From positions 1,787 through 65,786 of the forward strand of contig DAINCF010000001.1 in NCBI GenBank assembly GCA_036732565.1: 64,000 nt of DNA, given 5' to 3'. The stretch's first letter is position 1, and the number at the start of each line of letters is the position of its first letter. The notes beneath the pieces are model-generated. The model ran no database searches. It saw nothing but the letters and a program-made list of their open reading frames with translations, and was not told the DNA's origin. Both the position numbers and the translations under genes were made by a program. This document shows, in pieces, positions 9,731 to 19,153 of the stretch. Source of the DNA: Vicinamibacterales bacterium. GTDB taxonomy: Bacteria > Acidobacteriota > Vicinamibacteria > Vicinamibacterales > UBA2999.

Positions 9731-9883
9731 GTCGATGTCTCTGCGAATGAGTGTGTTCTTCTTGCCGTGATCGCGTGTACCGCATCGACGAATTGCTCGC
9801 GCGGAGTCCGGCTACGACGCCTGGCTTCGGTATGCGCCGATCGTTGAAGCCGCCGCGCTGGACTACATCGGGGTGGTGCCTAT

Positions 9884-9950
9884 CAAGCCTCAGGCCTCCA
9901 GGCCCCAAGCCTCCAGGCCCCAAGCCTCCAAGCCTCCAAGCCTCAAGCCT
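9884..9950. repeat. Simple-sequence repeat: AAGCCT x6 separated by C, CC or CCAGGCCCC
   Basis: Read directly: caagcct caggcct ccaggcccc aagcct ccaggcccc aagcct cc aagcct cc aagcct c aagcct. Intergenic. Confidence 0.8.
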
Positions 9951-9983
9951 TAGTTTAGAGTGCGTTGCGAAGTTACTCACCAC

Positions 9984-10050
9984 CGTACGTAGCGCAGGCC
10001 TTCAGGCCTGCCTGAGGTTGTAGCAGACCTAAAGGTCTGCGCTACGTACC
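9984..10050. repeat. Inverted pair of REP-like hairpin elements
   Basis: 9984-10011 is CGTACGTAGCGCAGGCCTTCAGGCCTGC. The reverse complement of 10023-10050 is GGTACGTAGCGCAGACCTTTAGGTCTGC. The stem changes GGCC->GACC and GGCC->GGTC are compensatory. Confidence 0.85.
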
Positions 10051-10081
10051 TAGTTTTCGCAAGGCACTCTTAGAATGTTCC

Positions 10082-10552
10082 ATGCCCCGTCGGCAGTGTT
10101 ACCACTGTAAGCAGTGGATCGAAGCCGGTGAAGCACACGACTGCTGGACGACGACCGAGGCGGCGCTGACGCGGGACCTGTCAGAGGACCTGCGAGACGC
10201 GTGGGAGCGTCTGCGCGAGACGGCGGCCGAGTTCGGCGAGCAGCGGATCTACGCCTCGCACCACTCGATCATGTTCTCGCGAAAGACTTGCTACTTCTTC
10301 GTGCGTCCGAAGCGGAACTTCCTCGAGCTGTGCGTGTTTCTCGGCCGCGCGCTGAGGGCACCACAGGTACGGCGCGCAGATCAGTCCTCGAAGGCCAAGA
10401 TCTACAACATCATTCACATTCGGCATCGCGATGAAGTCGAGCCGCCGGTCACCGACTGGCTGCGCGAAGCCTACGAGTTCTGTGAGATCAAGGCCGGCGC
10501 CCGCAAGGCGCCGGCACGCAAGGCCGCCACGCGCAAGACGAAGCGGCGCTAG
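10082..10552 (+). CDS. DUF5655-like protein (function unknown)
   Basis: 156-aa ORF. The pattern IYASHHSIMFSRKTCYFFVRPKRNFLELCVFLGR is typical of DUF5655. Family call is from memory. Confidence 0.6.
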   Translation: MPRRQCYHCKQWIEAGEAHDCWTTTEAALTRDLSEDLRDAWERLRETAAEFGEQRIYASHHSIMFSRKTCYFFVRPKRNFLELCVFLGRALRAPQVRRADQSSKAKIYNIIHIRHRDEVEPPVTDWLREAYEFCEIKAGARKAPARKAATRKTKRR

Positions 10553-11007
10553 TCACCGCCGTCGTAGGCTTGTTGCAACCGCTTCATGTCCAGCTTGTCC
10601 ATCTGCAGCATGGCGTGCATCGCTCGCTGCGCCTTCGCGGCGTCGCTGTCGCTCAACATCTTGCCGAGCGTGTTCGGGACGATCTGCCACGACAGTCCGA
10701 ACTTGTCCTTCAACCAGCCGCAGCGGCTGGGCGCGCCGCCGTCGGCGATGAGCCTGACCCACAGCTCGTCGATCTCCTGCTGCGTGTCGCAGCCGACGAA
10801 GAACGAAATGGCCTCGTTGAACGAGTGCTGCGGTCCGGCGTTCAGGCCGATGAACGGCTGACCTTCGAGCTCGAACTGGACCGACATGACCTTCCCCTGC
10901 GCCCGATTGACGGCAATCACCTTCGAGCGCTTGAAGGTCGAGGTGTAGAGGTTCATGGCGTCTTCGGCTTGCGTGTCGAACCAGAGAAACGGTGTGATCG
11001 ATGGCAT
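10549..11007 (-). CDS. VOC / glyoxalase-fold protein (PhnB-like, 3-demethylubiquinone-9 3-methyltransferase-domain family)
   Basis: N-terminus MPSITPFLWFDTQAEDAMNLYTSTF and ...PSRCGWLKDKFGLSWQIVP are hallmark strings of this family. Confidence 0.8.
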   Translation of the reverse strand: MPSITPFLWFDTQAEDAMNLYTSTFKRSKVIAVNRAQGKVMSVQFELEGQPFIGLNAGPQHSFNEAISFFVGCDTQQEIDELWVRLIADGGAPSRCGWLKDKFGLSWQIVPNTLGKMLSDSDAAKAQRAMHAMLQMDKLDMKRLQQAYDGGD

Positions 11008-11110
11008 GATGGCCTCCCGCGGAGATGCGGCGAACCGTGTTCGCCGCGTTCGTGAGTAAGTCGGAGCCGCTCGCCGGTTCTCGACATCGCGTTACCGAGA
11101 TTCGACGGGC

Positions 11111-12553
11111 ATGCGTCGCGCGGTTGTATCCTTGGCGCAGATGACCTCGAAACTGAGCTTGTCCGCGGTGGCGGTCCTTCTCGGCGGACTCTCGATCGCC
11201 GCCCAGCAGAGTGAGCGTGCGATGCCCGACGTTCGTTTCATGGCGGTCGATCCCGGCCATTTCCACGCGGCGCTGGTGCAAAAGGAGATGTATCCGGGCG
11301 TCGCGGAGCGGGTCGACGTGTACGCACCCGTCGGGCCAGATCTGACTGAGCACCTCAACCGTATCGTCGCGTTCAACCGGCGCAGCCAGTCGCCGACCAA
11401 GTGGGCCGTCGAGGTGCACGCGAGCCCCGACTTCTTCTCGCGCATGATCAAGGAGCGGCCCGGCAACGTCGCCATCTTCTCCGGGCGCAATCGCGGCAAG
11501 ATCGCACAGGTTGGCACGTCGGTCCAAGCGGGCCTTCACGTGCTCGCCGACAAACCCTGGATTCTGAAGTCCGACGAGCTGCCCGCCCTCGACGCGGCGC
11601 TCGCCGACGCGGATGCCAAAGGCGTGGTCGCCTACGACGTCATGACCGAGCGCTTCGAGGCGACGAACAGCCTCCAGCGCGTGCTCGTGAACGACAAGGC
11701 GGTGTTCGGCGACATCGTGCCGGGCACGGCGGACGAACCCGCGGTCTACATGGAGAGCGTGCACTTCCTGAAGAAGGTCGTCTCCGGTGTTCCGAACATC
11801 AGACCGCCGTGGTTCTTCGACACGGCGGAGCAAGGCGAAGGGCTCAACGACATCGGCACGCACCTCGTGGATCTGGTGCAATGGACGCTGTTCCCCGATC
11901 AGACCATCGACCATCGAGCCGATCTCCGCGTGTTGGCGGCGCAGCGTTGGCCGACCGTCATTCCCGAACCGGAGTTCCGCAGTGTCACGAACGCACCGGG
12001 GTTTCCGGAGAGCCTGTCGGCGTCGGTGAAGGACGGGAAGCTGGAGTACTACTGCAACACGCTCGTGTCGTACACGCTGCGCGGCATCCACACCAGGCTG
12101 AATGTGATTTGGGATTGGGAACCGCCGCAGGGATCAGGCGACACCCACTTCGCGTTCTACCGCGGCACGCGCGCGCGGATCGAGGTACGGCAGACGCGCG
12201 CGGACAAGTTCCGGCCGGAACTGTACGTGGTGCCGGCCACGGCGGCGATCAAGGCGCAGGTCCTCTCGGCGGTGCAGGCGAACGTCGATCGATCCAAGAA
12301 GGACTATCCCGGCATCGGCGTCGAAGACCGCGGCACCGAAATCCGCATCACGATCCCCGATTCGCTCCGCGTGGGCCACGAGGCGCACTTCGCGCAGGTC
12401 ACCGAGAGCTTTCTCGGTTACGTGCGCAATCGCCGTTCGCTTCCCGCATGGGAACGACCGAACATGCTGGCGAAGTACTACGTGACGACGACCGGCACGG
12501 AGCTGAGCCGCAAGAGTCCGTCCAAGCCCGCAACCCGCATCGCCCCGCAATAA
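11111..12553 (+). CDS. Putative secreted oxidoreductase (Gfo/Idh/MocA-like Rossmann N-terminus plus oxidoreductase C-terminal domain)
   Basis: 480-aa ORF with a signal-like N-terminus. Contains FMAVDPGHFHAALVQ and HVLADKPW motifs. An alternative start exists at 11141. Confidence 0.7.
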   Translation: MRRAVVSLAQMTSKLSLSAVAVLLGGLSIAAQQSERAMPDVRFMAVDPGHFHAALVQKEMYPGVAERVDVYAPVGPDLTEHLNRIVAFNRRSQSPTKWAVEVHASPDFFSRMIKERPGNVAIFSGRNRGKIAQVGTSVQAGLHVLADKPWILKSDELPALDAALADADAKGVVAYDVMTERFEATNSLQRVLVNDKAVFGDIVPGTADEPAVYMESVHFLKKVVSGVPNIRPPWFFDTAEQGEGLNDIGTHLVDLVQWTLFPDQTIDHRADLRVLAAQRWPTVIPEPEFRSVTNAPGFPESLSASVKDGKLEYYCNTLVSYTLRGIHTRLNVIWDWEPPQGSGDTHFAFYRGTRARIEVRQTRADKFRPELYVVPATAAIKAQVLSAVQANVDRSKKDYPGIGVEDRGTEIRITIPDSLRVGHEAHFAQVTESFLGYVRNRRSLPAWERPNMLAKYYVTTTGTELSRKSPSKPATRIAPQ

Positions 12554-12592
12554 ACGTCGTCCCCGACGGGCCAAACGTCGACCTTGACGTTG

Positions 12593-14068
12593 CTATTGCT
12601 TCGACGTTCGGCGCGGCGTATTGGGCACGATCAGGCGAATGAGACCGTCGCCTTTGTTCAGGATGAAGATCTGGCCGTTGGGCCCGACGCCGAATCGCAG
12701 ATCGGCGCGCGTCGCGATCTCCTTCCCCTGCTCCATGTTCTTGTCCCGTATGAGCTGCAGCAACGTCTTCGACTCGCCCTCATCGTCGAACAGAATGCGG
12801 CGGACCGCATCCTGTCCGCCGTTGGGTGGAAGCTTGTCGGCGTTGACGTAGAACACTTCGCCGCTCGGGTTGTCGCCGAAGATCAGGAGACCGGCCAGCT
12901 GCTTGATGGTGTTCTGCCGATAGACGAAGCCGCCGATCGCGGCTGCGTTTCGCTGGAAGAGCGGATCGAGCTGCCCGTACTCGACGACGGGATAGGTCAT
13001 CTTTGGATCGCTGCGCGGCTTGGTGGCCGTGCTCACGAACCGATCGACATATGCGTAGCTGCCTTCCCAATCGTTCCACCCGAGGTTGGCCCCGGCCGTG
13101 ACCGGGCTGATTTCCTCGACGATGTTCTGGCCGATGTCGGACATGTACATGCGGCCGGTCTTCGAGTCCCAGAACAGCCGCTGCGGATTGCGCACGCCGT
13201 AGGCGTAGATCTCAGCGAGCGTGTCGTCCTTGCCATCGCTCGCGAACGGATTGGCGGCCGGGATGCCGTACTTGCCGTTCGCGCTGTTCTTGCCGAGGGG
13301 ATCGATGCGCAGGATCTTGCCGAAGATCGAAGCGAGGTTCTGCGACATGTCCATCGGGTCGCCGCCGCTGCCACCGTCGGCCATGCCGACGTAGAGAAGA
13401 CCGTAGTCGGCGTCGCGGGCCGTGGCCAACGGGTTGAAGGTCATGTGCCCGCCGTTGTGATTGGGAAATGGGTGCTCGACCCGCATCAGCTCGCGCGGGG
13501 CGTCGCCATCGTACGCAGCGGCGCTCGGGTTCTTGACCGTCCACTCGAGCAGGAGGTTGTCGTGCGTGCGCTTGGCCTCGGCCGAGGGCCTGAAGTCCGG
13601 CGTTGGTGTCGTGTTGCTGGTGTCGACCAGCACATAGAACTTGCCAAAGCCCGGCGCACCGCGGCGCGTGAAGTGCGGATGGAACGCAATGCTCTGAATC
13701 CCGCGCTCGCTGAACTGCGACTGCACGCTGACCGCCCACTTCGGATCGCGCAGGTCGAGATACGGCGCCACAGTGTGCCCGTCGTAGCTGACGGTGTAGA
13801 TGATGCCGGTCATGTCCGCCACGAACAGGCGCTTCGTGCCCGGCTCGTCCACCATGGCCATCGTCCGGGCAGGTTTCCCGTCGACGTCGGGAATTGAGGC
13901 GAACTCCCTGAAGCCGACGGTGATGACGCCATCGGTGGTGGGAATGGGCGTAGGGAATGGATCGTCGGTCGTGTTCGGCGGCGGCGTCTGCGGTGGCGGT
14001 TGCGCGAGCGCTACCGCAGAAGAGGCCACCAGGAGAAGTCCCGCCACGAGCAGCCGCGTGATCAACAT
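12593..14068 (-). CDS. PQQ-dependent sugar dehydrogenase (soluble glucose/sorbosone dehydrogenase family), secreted
   Basis: Signal peptide MLITRLLVAGLLLVASSAVALA. Motifs HPFPNHNGGHMTFNP and YAYGVRNPQRLFWD. Confidence 0.85.
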   Translation of the reverse strand: MLITRLLVAGLLLVASSAVALAQPPPQTPPPNTTDDPFPTPIPTTDGVITVGFREFASIPDVDGKPARTMAMVDEPGTKRLFVADMTGIIYTVSYDGHTVAPYLDLRDPKWAVSVQSQFSERGIQSIAFHPHFTRRGAPGFGKFYVLVDTSNTTPTPDFRPSAEAKRTHDNLLLEWTVKNPSAAAYDGDAPRELMRVEHPFPNHNGGHMTFNPLATARDADYGLLYVGMADGGSGGDPMDMSQNLASIFGKILRIDPLGKNSANGKYGIPAANPFASDGKDDTLAEIYAYGVRNPQRLFWDSKTGRMYMSDIGQNIVEEISPVTAGANLGWNDWEGSYAYVDRFVSTATKPRSDPKMTYPVVEYGQLDPLFQRNAAAIGGFVYRQNTIKQLAGLLIFGDNPSGEVFYVNADKLPPNGGQDAVRRILFDDEGESKTLLQLIRDKNMEQGKEIATRADLRFGVGPNGQIFILNKGDGLIRLIVPNTPRRTSKQ

Positions 14069-14254
14069 GATGAGGCAGCGTAGATGGGACGGACGCGGAG
14101 AGTCAATTCGCCAGCGCCGTTCGTGGCGGCCTAACCGTTACGTTTTGCGCCACATCGGAGCTCGACCGGTGCGGAACTCGCGGCTTTCCTTTGACACGGT
14201 CGGGCGAACTGCTTAATATCCGCCGTCGTGAACGTTTACGGTGCCGCGAATGCC

Positions 14255-15907
14255 ATGACAACCGGTTTCACTCGACGAGATTTCCTTCGCACCGCGGGTG
14301 CCGCCGCGGCGGTGACACTTGCCCCGCGGACGTCGCGCGCCGCCGACTCGCGGATCGACGTCGCCATCGACGAGCCGGGCGCGGTGATCACGCAGGATCT
14401 GTACGGTCACTTCGTCGAGCACCTTGGCGGTGTCGTCTACGACGGCGTGTGGGTCGGCGAGCAATCGAAGATCCCGAACACGGGAGGGATCCGTCAGGCG
14501 CTGATCGATCACATGCGGCGTCTTCCCAACGGCGCCATCCGCTGGCCGGGCGGCTGCTTTGCCGACAGCTACGACTGGCGGGACGGTGTTGGACCGAAGG
14601 CCTCGCGGCCGCGCCGAACGAATTTCTGGGCCAACTCCATGCAGGCCCTGCCGGACGACGCGGGCAAGTACGAGCCGAATCTTTTCGGCACGAACGACTT
14701 CATCCGGTTGTGCAAGCAGCTCGGCAGCGAGCCGTATCTCGCCGCGAATCTGCGCAGCTTACCGGCGCGCGATTTCTATCAGTGGGTCGAGTACTGCAAC
14801 AGTCCCGCGGGGAGCTCGTCGCTCGCCGACCTCAGGGCCGCGTCAGGTGATCGCGAGCCGTTTCGCGTGCGCTTCTGGGGAGTCGGCAACGAAACGTGGG
14901 GCTGCGGCGGCAATCTCACCGCGGAGGAGTACGCGACCGAGTACCGTCGCTTCACCGCGTGGCTCCCCAGTTACGGCGTGGATCTGGCGCTCATCGGCGC
15001 GGGGCCTGGGAGCGGCGATCTGAAGTGGACGCGTGGCTTCTTCACGGCGCTGGCTGAGAAAGGCGAGGGGGCCCTCCGCAGCATCTGGGGTTGGGCGCTG
15101 CACCACTACTCGTGGAACGTCAGTCGCGGCGCGACCACCGACTGGAACAAAGGGAAAGGGGACGCCGTTCGGTTCACGACGGACGAGTGGTACGAGCTGT
15201 TGAAGGAAGGCGATCGAATCGACGAGCTCATCACGACACACTGGTCGGTGATGGGCGAGGTCGACCGGCAGCATCGCGTCAAGCTGCTCGTCGACGAGTG
15301 GGGCGCCTGGCATCGTCCCGGAACGGAGCTCATTCCCGGGCACCTGCTCGGCCAGCAGTTGACCATGCGGGATGCGCTGCTGACCGCGCTGACGCTCGAC
15401 ACGTTTCATCGTCATGCCGACAAAGTGGTGATGGCGAACGTGGCGCAGCTCGTGAACTGCCTGCACTCGCTGTTCCTTGCGCATGAAGATCGATTCGTCA
15501 CGACGCCGGCCTTCCACGTGTTCGAGATGTACAAGCCGCATGTCGGTGGCCGTGTCGTGCGGGCGATCGCGTCGGCGCCGTCGGTGACCTACGAGCGTGT
15601 GGGCTCGACCGGCTCGCTGTGGGGATTGGCGGGGTCCGCGTCGCTCAAGGATCGGACGCTCACGCTGACGATGGTCAATCCGCACGTGACGGAGCCGCGC
15701 GAGACCGAGATCGCCGTGCGCGGTGCCTCCATCGCCTCGATCCGTGTGGATGTCCTGCGCGCGGCTGATATTCACGCGGTCAACACGTTCGAGCACCCGA
15801 CGGCGGTGGTTCCGCAGCAGGAGAAATTGCCGGCGCCGCGTGGCAACCTCGTCGTCCACCGCTTTGCGCCCGCATCCGTCACCCGCCTGACCATCGAACT
15901 GGCGTAG
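14255..15907 (+). CDS. GH51 alpha-L-arabinofuranosidase with a Tat signal
   Basis: ORF from GTG 14228, but ATG 14255 gives MTTGFTRRDFLRTAGAAAAV. GH51 motifs GGCFADSYDWRDGVGP and FWGVGNETWGCGG. Confidence 0.85.
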   Translation: MTTGFTRRDFLRTAGAAAAVTLAPRTSRAADSRIDVAIDEPGAVITQDLYGHFVEHLGGVVYDGVWVGEQSKIPNTGGIRQALIDHMRRLPNGAIRWPGGCFADSYDWRDGVGPKASRPRRTNFWANSMQALPDDAGKYEPNLFGTNDFIRLCKQLGSEPYLAANLRSLPARDFYQWVEYCNSPAGSSSLADLRAASGDREPFRVRFWGVGNETWGCGGNLTAEEYATEYRRFTAWLPSYGVDLALIGAGPGSGDLKWTRGFFTALAEKGEGALRSIWGWALHHYSWNVSRGATTDWNKGKGDAVRFTTDEWYELLKEGDRIDELITTHWSVMGEVDRQHRVKLLVDEWGAWHRPGTELIPGHLLGQQLTMRDALLTALTLDTFHRHADKVVMANVAQLVNCLHSLFLAHEDRFVTTPAFHVFEMYKPHVGGRVVRAIASAPSVTYERVGSTGSLWGLAGSASLKDRTLTLTMVNPHVTEPRETEIAVRGASIASIRVDVLRAADIHAVNTFEHPTAVVPQQEKLPAPRGNLVVHRFAPASVTRLTIELA

Positions 15908-15936
15908 AGCTTAGCGTGTGTCGCGCACGCCATGAT

Positions 15937-16026
15937 CGTACGTAGCGCAGGCCTTTAGGCCTGCCCAAGGCCGTTCGTCCGCTGGCTCGCGCCACTCGGG
16001 CAGGCCTGAAGGCCTGCGCTACGTCC
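15937..16026. repeat. Inverted pair of REP-like hairpin elements between the convergent GH51 genes
   Basis: 15937-15964 is CGTACGTAGCGCAGGCCTTTAGGCCTGC. 16000-16026 is GCAGGCCTGAAGGCCTGCGCTACGTCC (inverted copy). A 35-nt spacer separates them. Confidence 0.85.
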
Positions 16027-16034
16027 CTTAGTCA

Positions 16035-17681
16035 CTACGACGTGGCGAGGTGGGCGACGGTGTACGAGCGCGCCGGGAGCTTGAAGGTCATACGCGCGCC
16101 GGCACTGGATGCTTCGAGGGTTCGCGGGGCGACGCGGTTGGGCTGCTCGAACGTGTTGAATGCCTTGAGGTCGTCGCCGGTCAGCGTGTGGCAGGCCAGC
16201 ACGCGCGTTGGCGTGGGGCCGCGCCATTCGAGCGCGAGCTCGCGTGGTGACTCGAGATCGCGATTCAGCATCAGCACGCAGGCCTCGCCGTTTTGCGGGT
16301 TGAGCGTGGCGACGACATCGAGGAACGGAACGTCGGCGTTGCGGGCGAACTCCGGCCGCAAGCCGGCGGCGGTGATGGGATAAGTCTCACACTCCACGGC
16401 GACGTCGAGAACCTTGCCGTGCGCATGGCGGATGGCCCAGGCGTACGGGTAGTAGATGCTCTGGCGCAGCACCGATGTATCGTTCGTCACCAGCGGCGCG
16501 ATTACGTTGATGATCTGCGCGAGACATCCGATCCGCACGCGCTCCGACTGGCGGAGCAGGGTGTTGAGGAGACCTCCGACGAGCAGGGCGTCTTCGAGGT
16601 TGTAGACCTCTTCGAGCAGCTTCGGGGCGAACGCGCGCTTGCCGTTGACCGCGTCGCCGCTGTTCGCGCGGTACCACACGTTCCACTCGTCGAACGACAG
16701 CCACAGCCGCTTGCTCGACTTGCGCAGGCCTTGGACGTAGTCGCAGACGGCTGCGGTCTCGTGAATCTGCCGGTCCATGTCGAGATTCATGGCCAGGTAA
16801 CGAGCCGGGTTGGTCCCCGTGCGATCCTTCGTGTTGCCGTAATAGACGTGGAGCGAGAGGCCGTCCACCTGGTCGTAACATTCCTCGAGCACCTCGCGAT
16901 CCCACTCGAGGTACGTCGCCATGCCCGGACCACTGGAACCGCAGGCAATCAGCTGCAGGCTCCGATCGAGCACACGCAACTGACGCGCCGTGTCACGCGC
17001 CTTGCGCCCGTACTCGCGCGCCGGCATCGTCCCCATTTGCCACGGACCATCCATCTCGTTGCCGAGGCACCAGTAGCGCACGTTGTGCGGCTGCTCGTAG
17101 CCGTGCGATCGCCGCAGGTCGCTCCATTTGGTGCCTTTGTCCAGGTTGCAGTACTCCACGTACGACACGGCCGTCTCCGGTGTGCCGGTGCCGAGGTTGA
17201 ACGCGAGCAGCGGCTCGGTGCCGATCAGCTTGCACCAGTCGATGAATTCGTTGGTGCCGAACTGATTCGTCTCCAGCGAATTCCACGCACGCTCCAGCAC
17301 GGTCGGCCGCTTGTCCTTCGGGCCGACGCCATCGAGCCAGTTGTAGCCCGAGACGAAGTTCCCGCCCGGGTAGCGCATGATCGGGACGGCCAATTCCTTC
17401 ATCTGGGCGATCACGTCGGTGCGGAAACCGTTGCGGTCGGCGAGCTTGGAGCCGGGCTCGTAGACGCCGGTGTAGACGGCTCTCCCCAGATGCTCCAGGA
17501 ACGCGCCGAACAGTCGACGGTCGAAGTCCGATCGACCGTGCGCCTGGCCGATCACCGCGCGGGCGGGTCCACGACTCACCTGTGCGTAGCCGATGGCGCT
17601 CAACCAGGAGGATGAGGTGGCCAGCGCAGCTCCAGTTTTCCCCAAGCCCGAGAGAAACGCGCGTCGGTCCGTGGTGGTCAT
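16035..17681 (-). CDS. GH51 alpha-L-arabinofuranosidase (second paralog), Tat/Sec signal
   Basis: MTTTDRRAFLSGLGKTGAALA at the N-terminus. Motifs PGGNFVSGYNWLDGVGP and YWCLGNEMDGPWQMG. Confidence 0.85.
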   Translation of the reverse strand: MTTTDRRAFLSGLGKTGAALATSSSWLSAIGYAQVSRGPARAVIGQAHGRSDFDRRLFGAFLEHLGRAVYTGVYEPGSKLADRNGFRTDVIAQMKELAVPIMRYPGGNFVSGYNWLDGVGPKDKRPTVLERAWNSLETNQFGTNEFIDWCKLIGTEPLLAFNLGTGTPETAVSYVEYCNLDKGTKWSDLRRSHGYEQPHNVRYWCLGNEMDGPWQMGTMPAREYGRKARDTARQLRVLDRSLQLIACGSSGPGMATYLEWDREVLEECYDQVDGLSLHVYYGNTKDRTGTNPARYLAMNLDMDRQIHETAAVCDYVQGLRKSSKRLWLSFDEWNVWYRANSGDAVNGKRAFAPKLLEEVYNLEDALLVGGLLNTLLRQSERVRIGCLAQIINVIAPLVTNDTSVLRQSIYYPYAWAIRHAHGKVLDVAVECETYPITAAGLRPEFARNADVPFLDVVATLNPQNGEACVLMLNRDLESPRELALEWRGPTPTRVLACHTLTGDDLKAFNTFEQPNRVAPRTLEASSAGARMTFKLPARSYTVAHLATS

Positions 17682-17732
17682 GGCGACGCGAAGGATACCA
17701 GATTTCCCTTTCGGGAACGTTCACGAAGGTCC

Positions 17733-18146
17733 CTATCGCTCGCGCGCGCGATCGAGCACCGGCTTGATGTCGAGGATCGGCGTGCCGTTGAGCGCCTCGA
17801 GGTCGCGCACGCGAACCCGCGTGCCCTCGATCGCGAGGATCCGGACGCGATGCAGTCCGATGGGGTTCGGCCGATCCGCGGAGCGCGTGCTGAACACACC
17901 GGTGAGCGGGTTGGCCGGGTTGTCTCGTGGACGCACGACCAGTACGTCGCGGTCGGCCCGATCCAGCCACGTCAGCACGATGACGTCATCGTCCACTCGT
18001 AGATCGCGCAGGCCGTCGCCGACACGTGCGGCGAACGCGAGCGTGGCCTCGGGCGATCCTTCGCTGCCTTGTTTCGGCGCGAGCGCGGCATCGACCAGCG
18101 ACGACTCCACCCATCCGATTGGCTGCAACTCGTAGCGCTCTTTCAT
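17733..18146 (-). CDS. trmO: tRNA (N6-threonylcarbamoyladenosine(37)-N6)-methyltransferase TrmO / TsaA-like
   Basis: 137 aa. LQPIGWVES..., RPNPIGLHRVRILAIEG and LNGTPILDIKPV are characteristic of the TsaA/YaeB fold. Confidence 0.8.
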   Translation of the reverse strand: MKERYELQPIGWVESSLVDAALAPKQGSEGSPEATLAFAARVGDGLRDLRVDDDVIVLTWLDRADRDVLVVRPRDNPANPLTGVFSTRSADRPNPIGLHRVRILAIEGTRVRVRDLEALNGTPILDIKPVLDRARER

Positions 18147-18221
18147 TGGTCACGTTCCTCCGTCGCGTTTCGTCATGGCGCCGGGCGCGAATGATCGCGT
18201 ACATTCGTCGCTCGCGCACGC

Positions 18222-19127
18222 ATGATCGGCATTGCGATCGTCTTGGTCGTCGTTGTGGCTCCGTTGCTTTACGGCATGACTGGAGCGGTCCGCATCTGGT
18301 GGGAATCAGCGGCGGCACGTGTTGAACAGCCGCAGGTGAAAAGTTGGCGTCTCACGTTCGCCTCGGCGCTGTTGTACGTGCTCGCGTTCAACTTGACCTT
18401 CTTCATTCAAGAATTGTTTCTGGTGCTGCCCAAGGCGATGACGCCTGGCCTTCGGCCCAGGCTCTTCCACAACAATCACAACTGGGAAGGCGATCATCCA
18501 CTGGCGCATCTGTTTCAAGGAACCGGGGCGCTCGCGATTCTGATCAGCGGCGTTGTGTGCGCCTTGATCGTCCAGCGCCGGAGCATCCGCTCGCCCACGC
18601 TCCGGCTGTTCCTCGTCTGGATGACCTTTACCGGCATGCTGCAGGCCCTGCCGCAAGTGGTCGTCGGCAGCCTCGTCTCCGGTAACGATGTGGGTATGGC
18701 GATGGGTTACTTGGGGATCAGCGGCGCGACGAAGACCGCGGCAGCGCTCGTCGCCCTTGCCGCCATCCCGCCGATCGCGATGTGGCTGACGCGCGAGTTC
18801 CTCAGCCTTGCGGACGACCAGGTGCAGATCGCCAGCGCACGAGCGCGGGTCGCGTTCGTGTGGTCTGTCGCGACGCTGCCGGCGATCCTCGCGATTCCGA
18901 TGATCATCCCGTTTCGTGTCCCGCGCGAATGGATTGAGGTGGCCGCGGTGCCGGTGATCTCGACCGCGATCGGGATTGCCTGGATTCAGGCGACCGCGTG
19001 GCACGTGCGTGGAGCGACCGCGCGTGGCGGCCTGAGCCGCTTATCAGCGATGTATCCACTCGGCGCGGTGCTGGTGCTGCTCGCGTTCTTTCAGCTCGTG
19101 CTGCGGCCGGGCATTCGCTTCTTCTAA
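18222..19127 (+). CDS. Polytopic membrane protein, function unknown
   Basis: 301-aa ORF with about 8 hydrophobic segments. No motif I recognise. Confidence 0.6.
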   Translation: MIGIAIVLVVVVAPLLYGMTGAVRIWWESAAARVEQPQVKSWRLTFASALLYVLAFNLTFFIQELFLVLPKAMTPGLRPRLFHNNHNWEGDHPLAHLFQGTGALAILISGVVCALIVQRRSIRSPTLRLFLVWMTFTGMLQALPQVVVGSLVSGNDVGMAMGYLGISGATKTAAALVALAAIPPIAMWLTREFLSLADDQVQIASARARVAFVWSVATLPAILAIPMIIPFRVPREWIEVAAVPVISTAIGIAWIQATAWHVRGATARGGLSRLSAMYPLGAVLVLLAFFQLVLRPGIRFF

Positions 19128-19153
19128 TGGCATGTACTCTCGAATGTCCTACT

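Noticed and set aside
9751-10023. A 90-aa ORF containing PPGPKPPGPKPP, a collagen/proline-repeat-like peptide.
   Set aside because: It is generated by the AAGCCT/CCAGGCCCC microsatellite and the REP element. It has no RBS, sits in the intergenic repeat hotspot and ends inside a REP hairpin.
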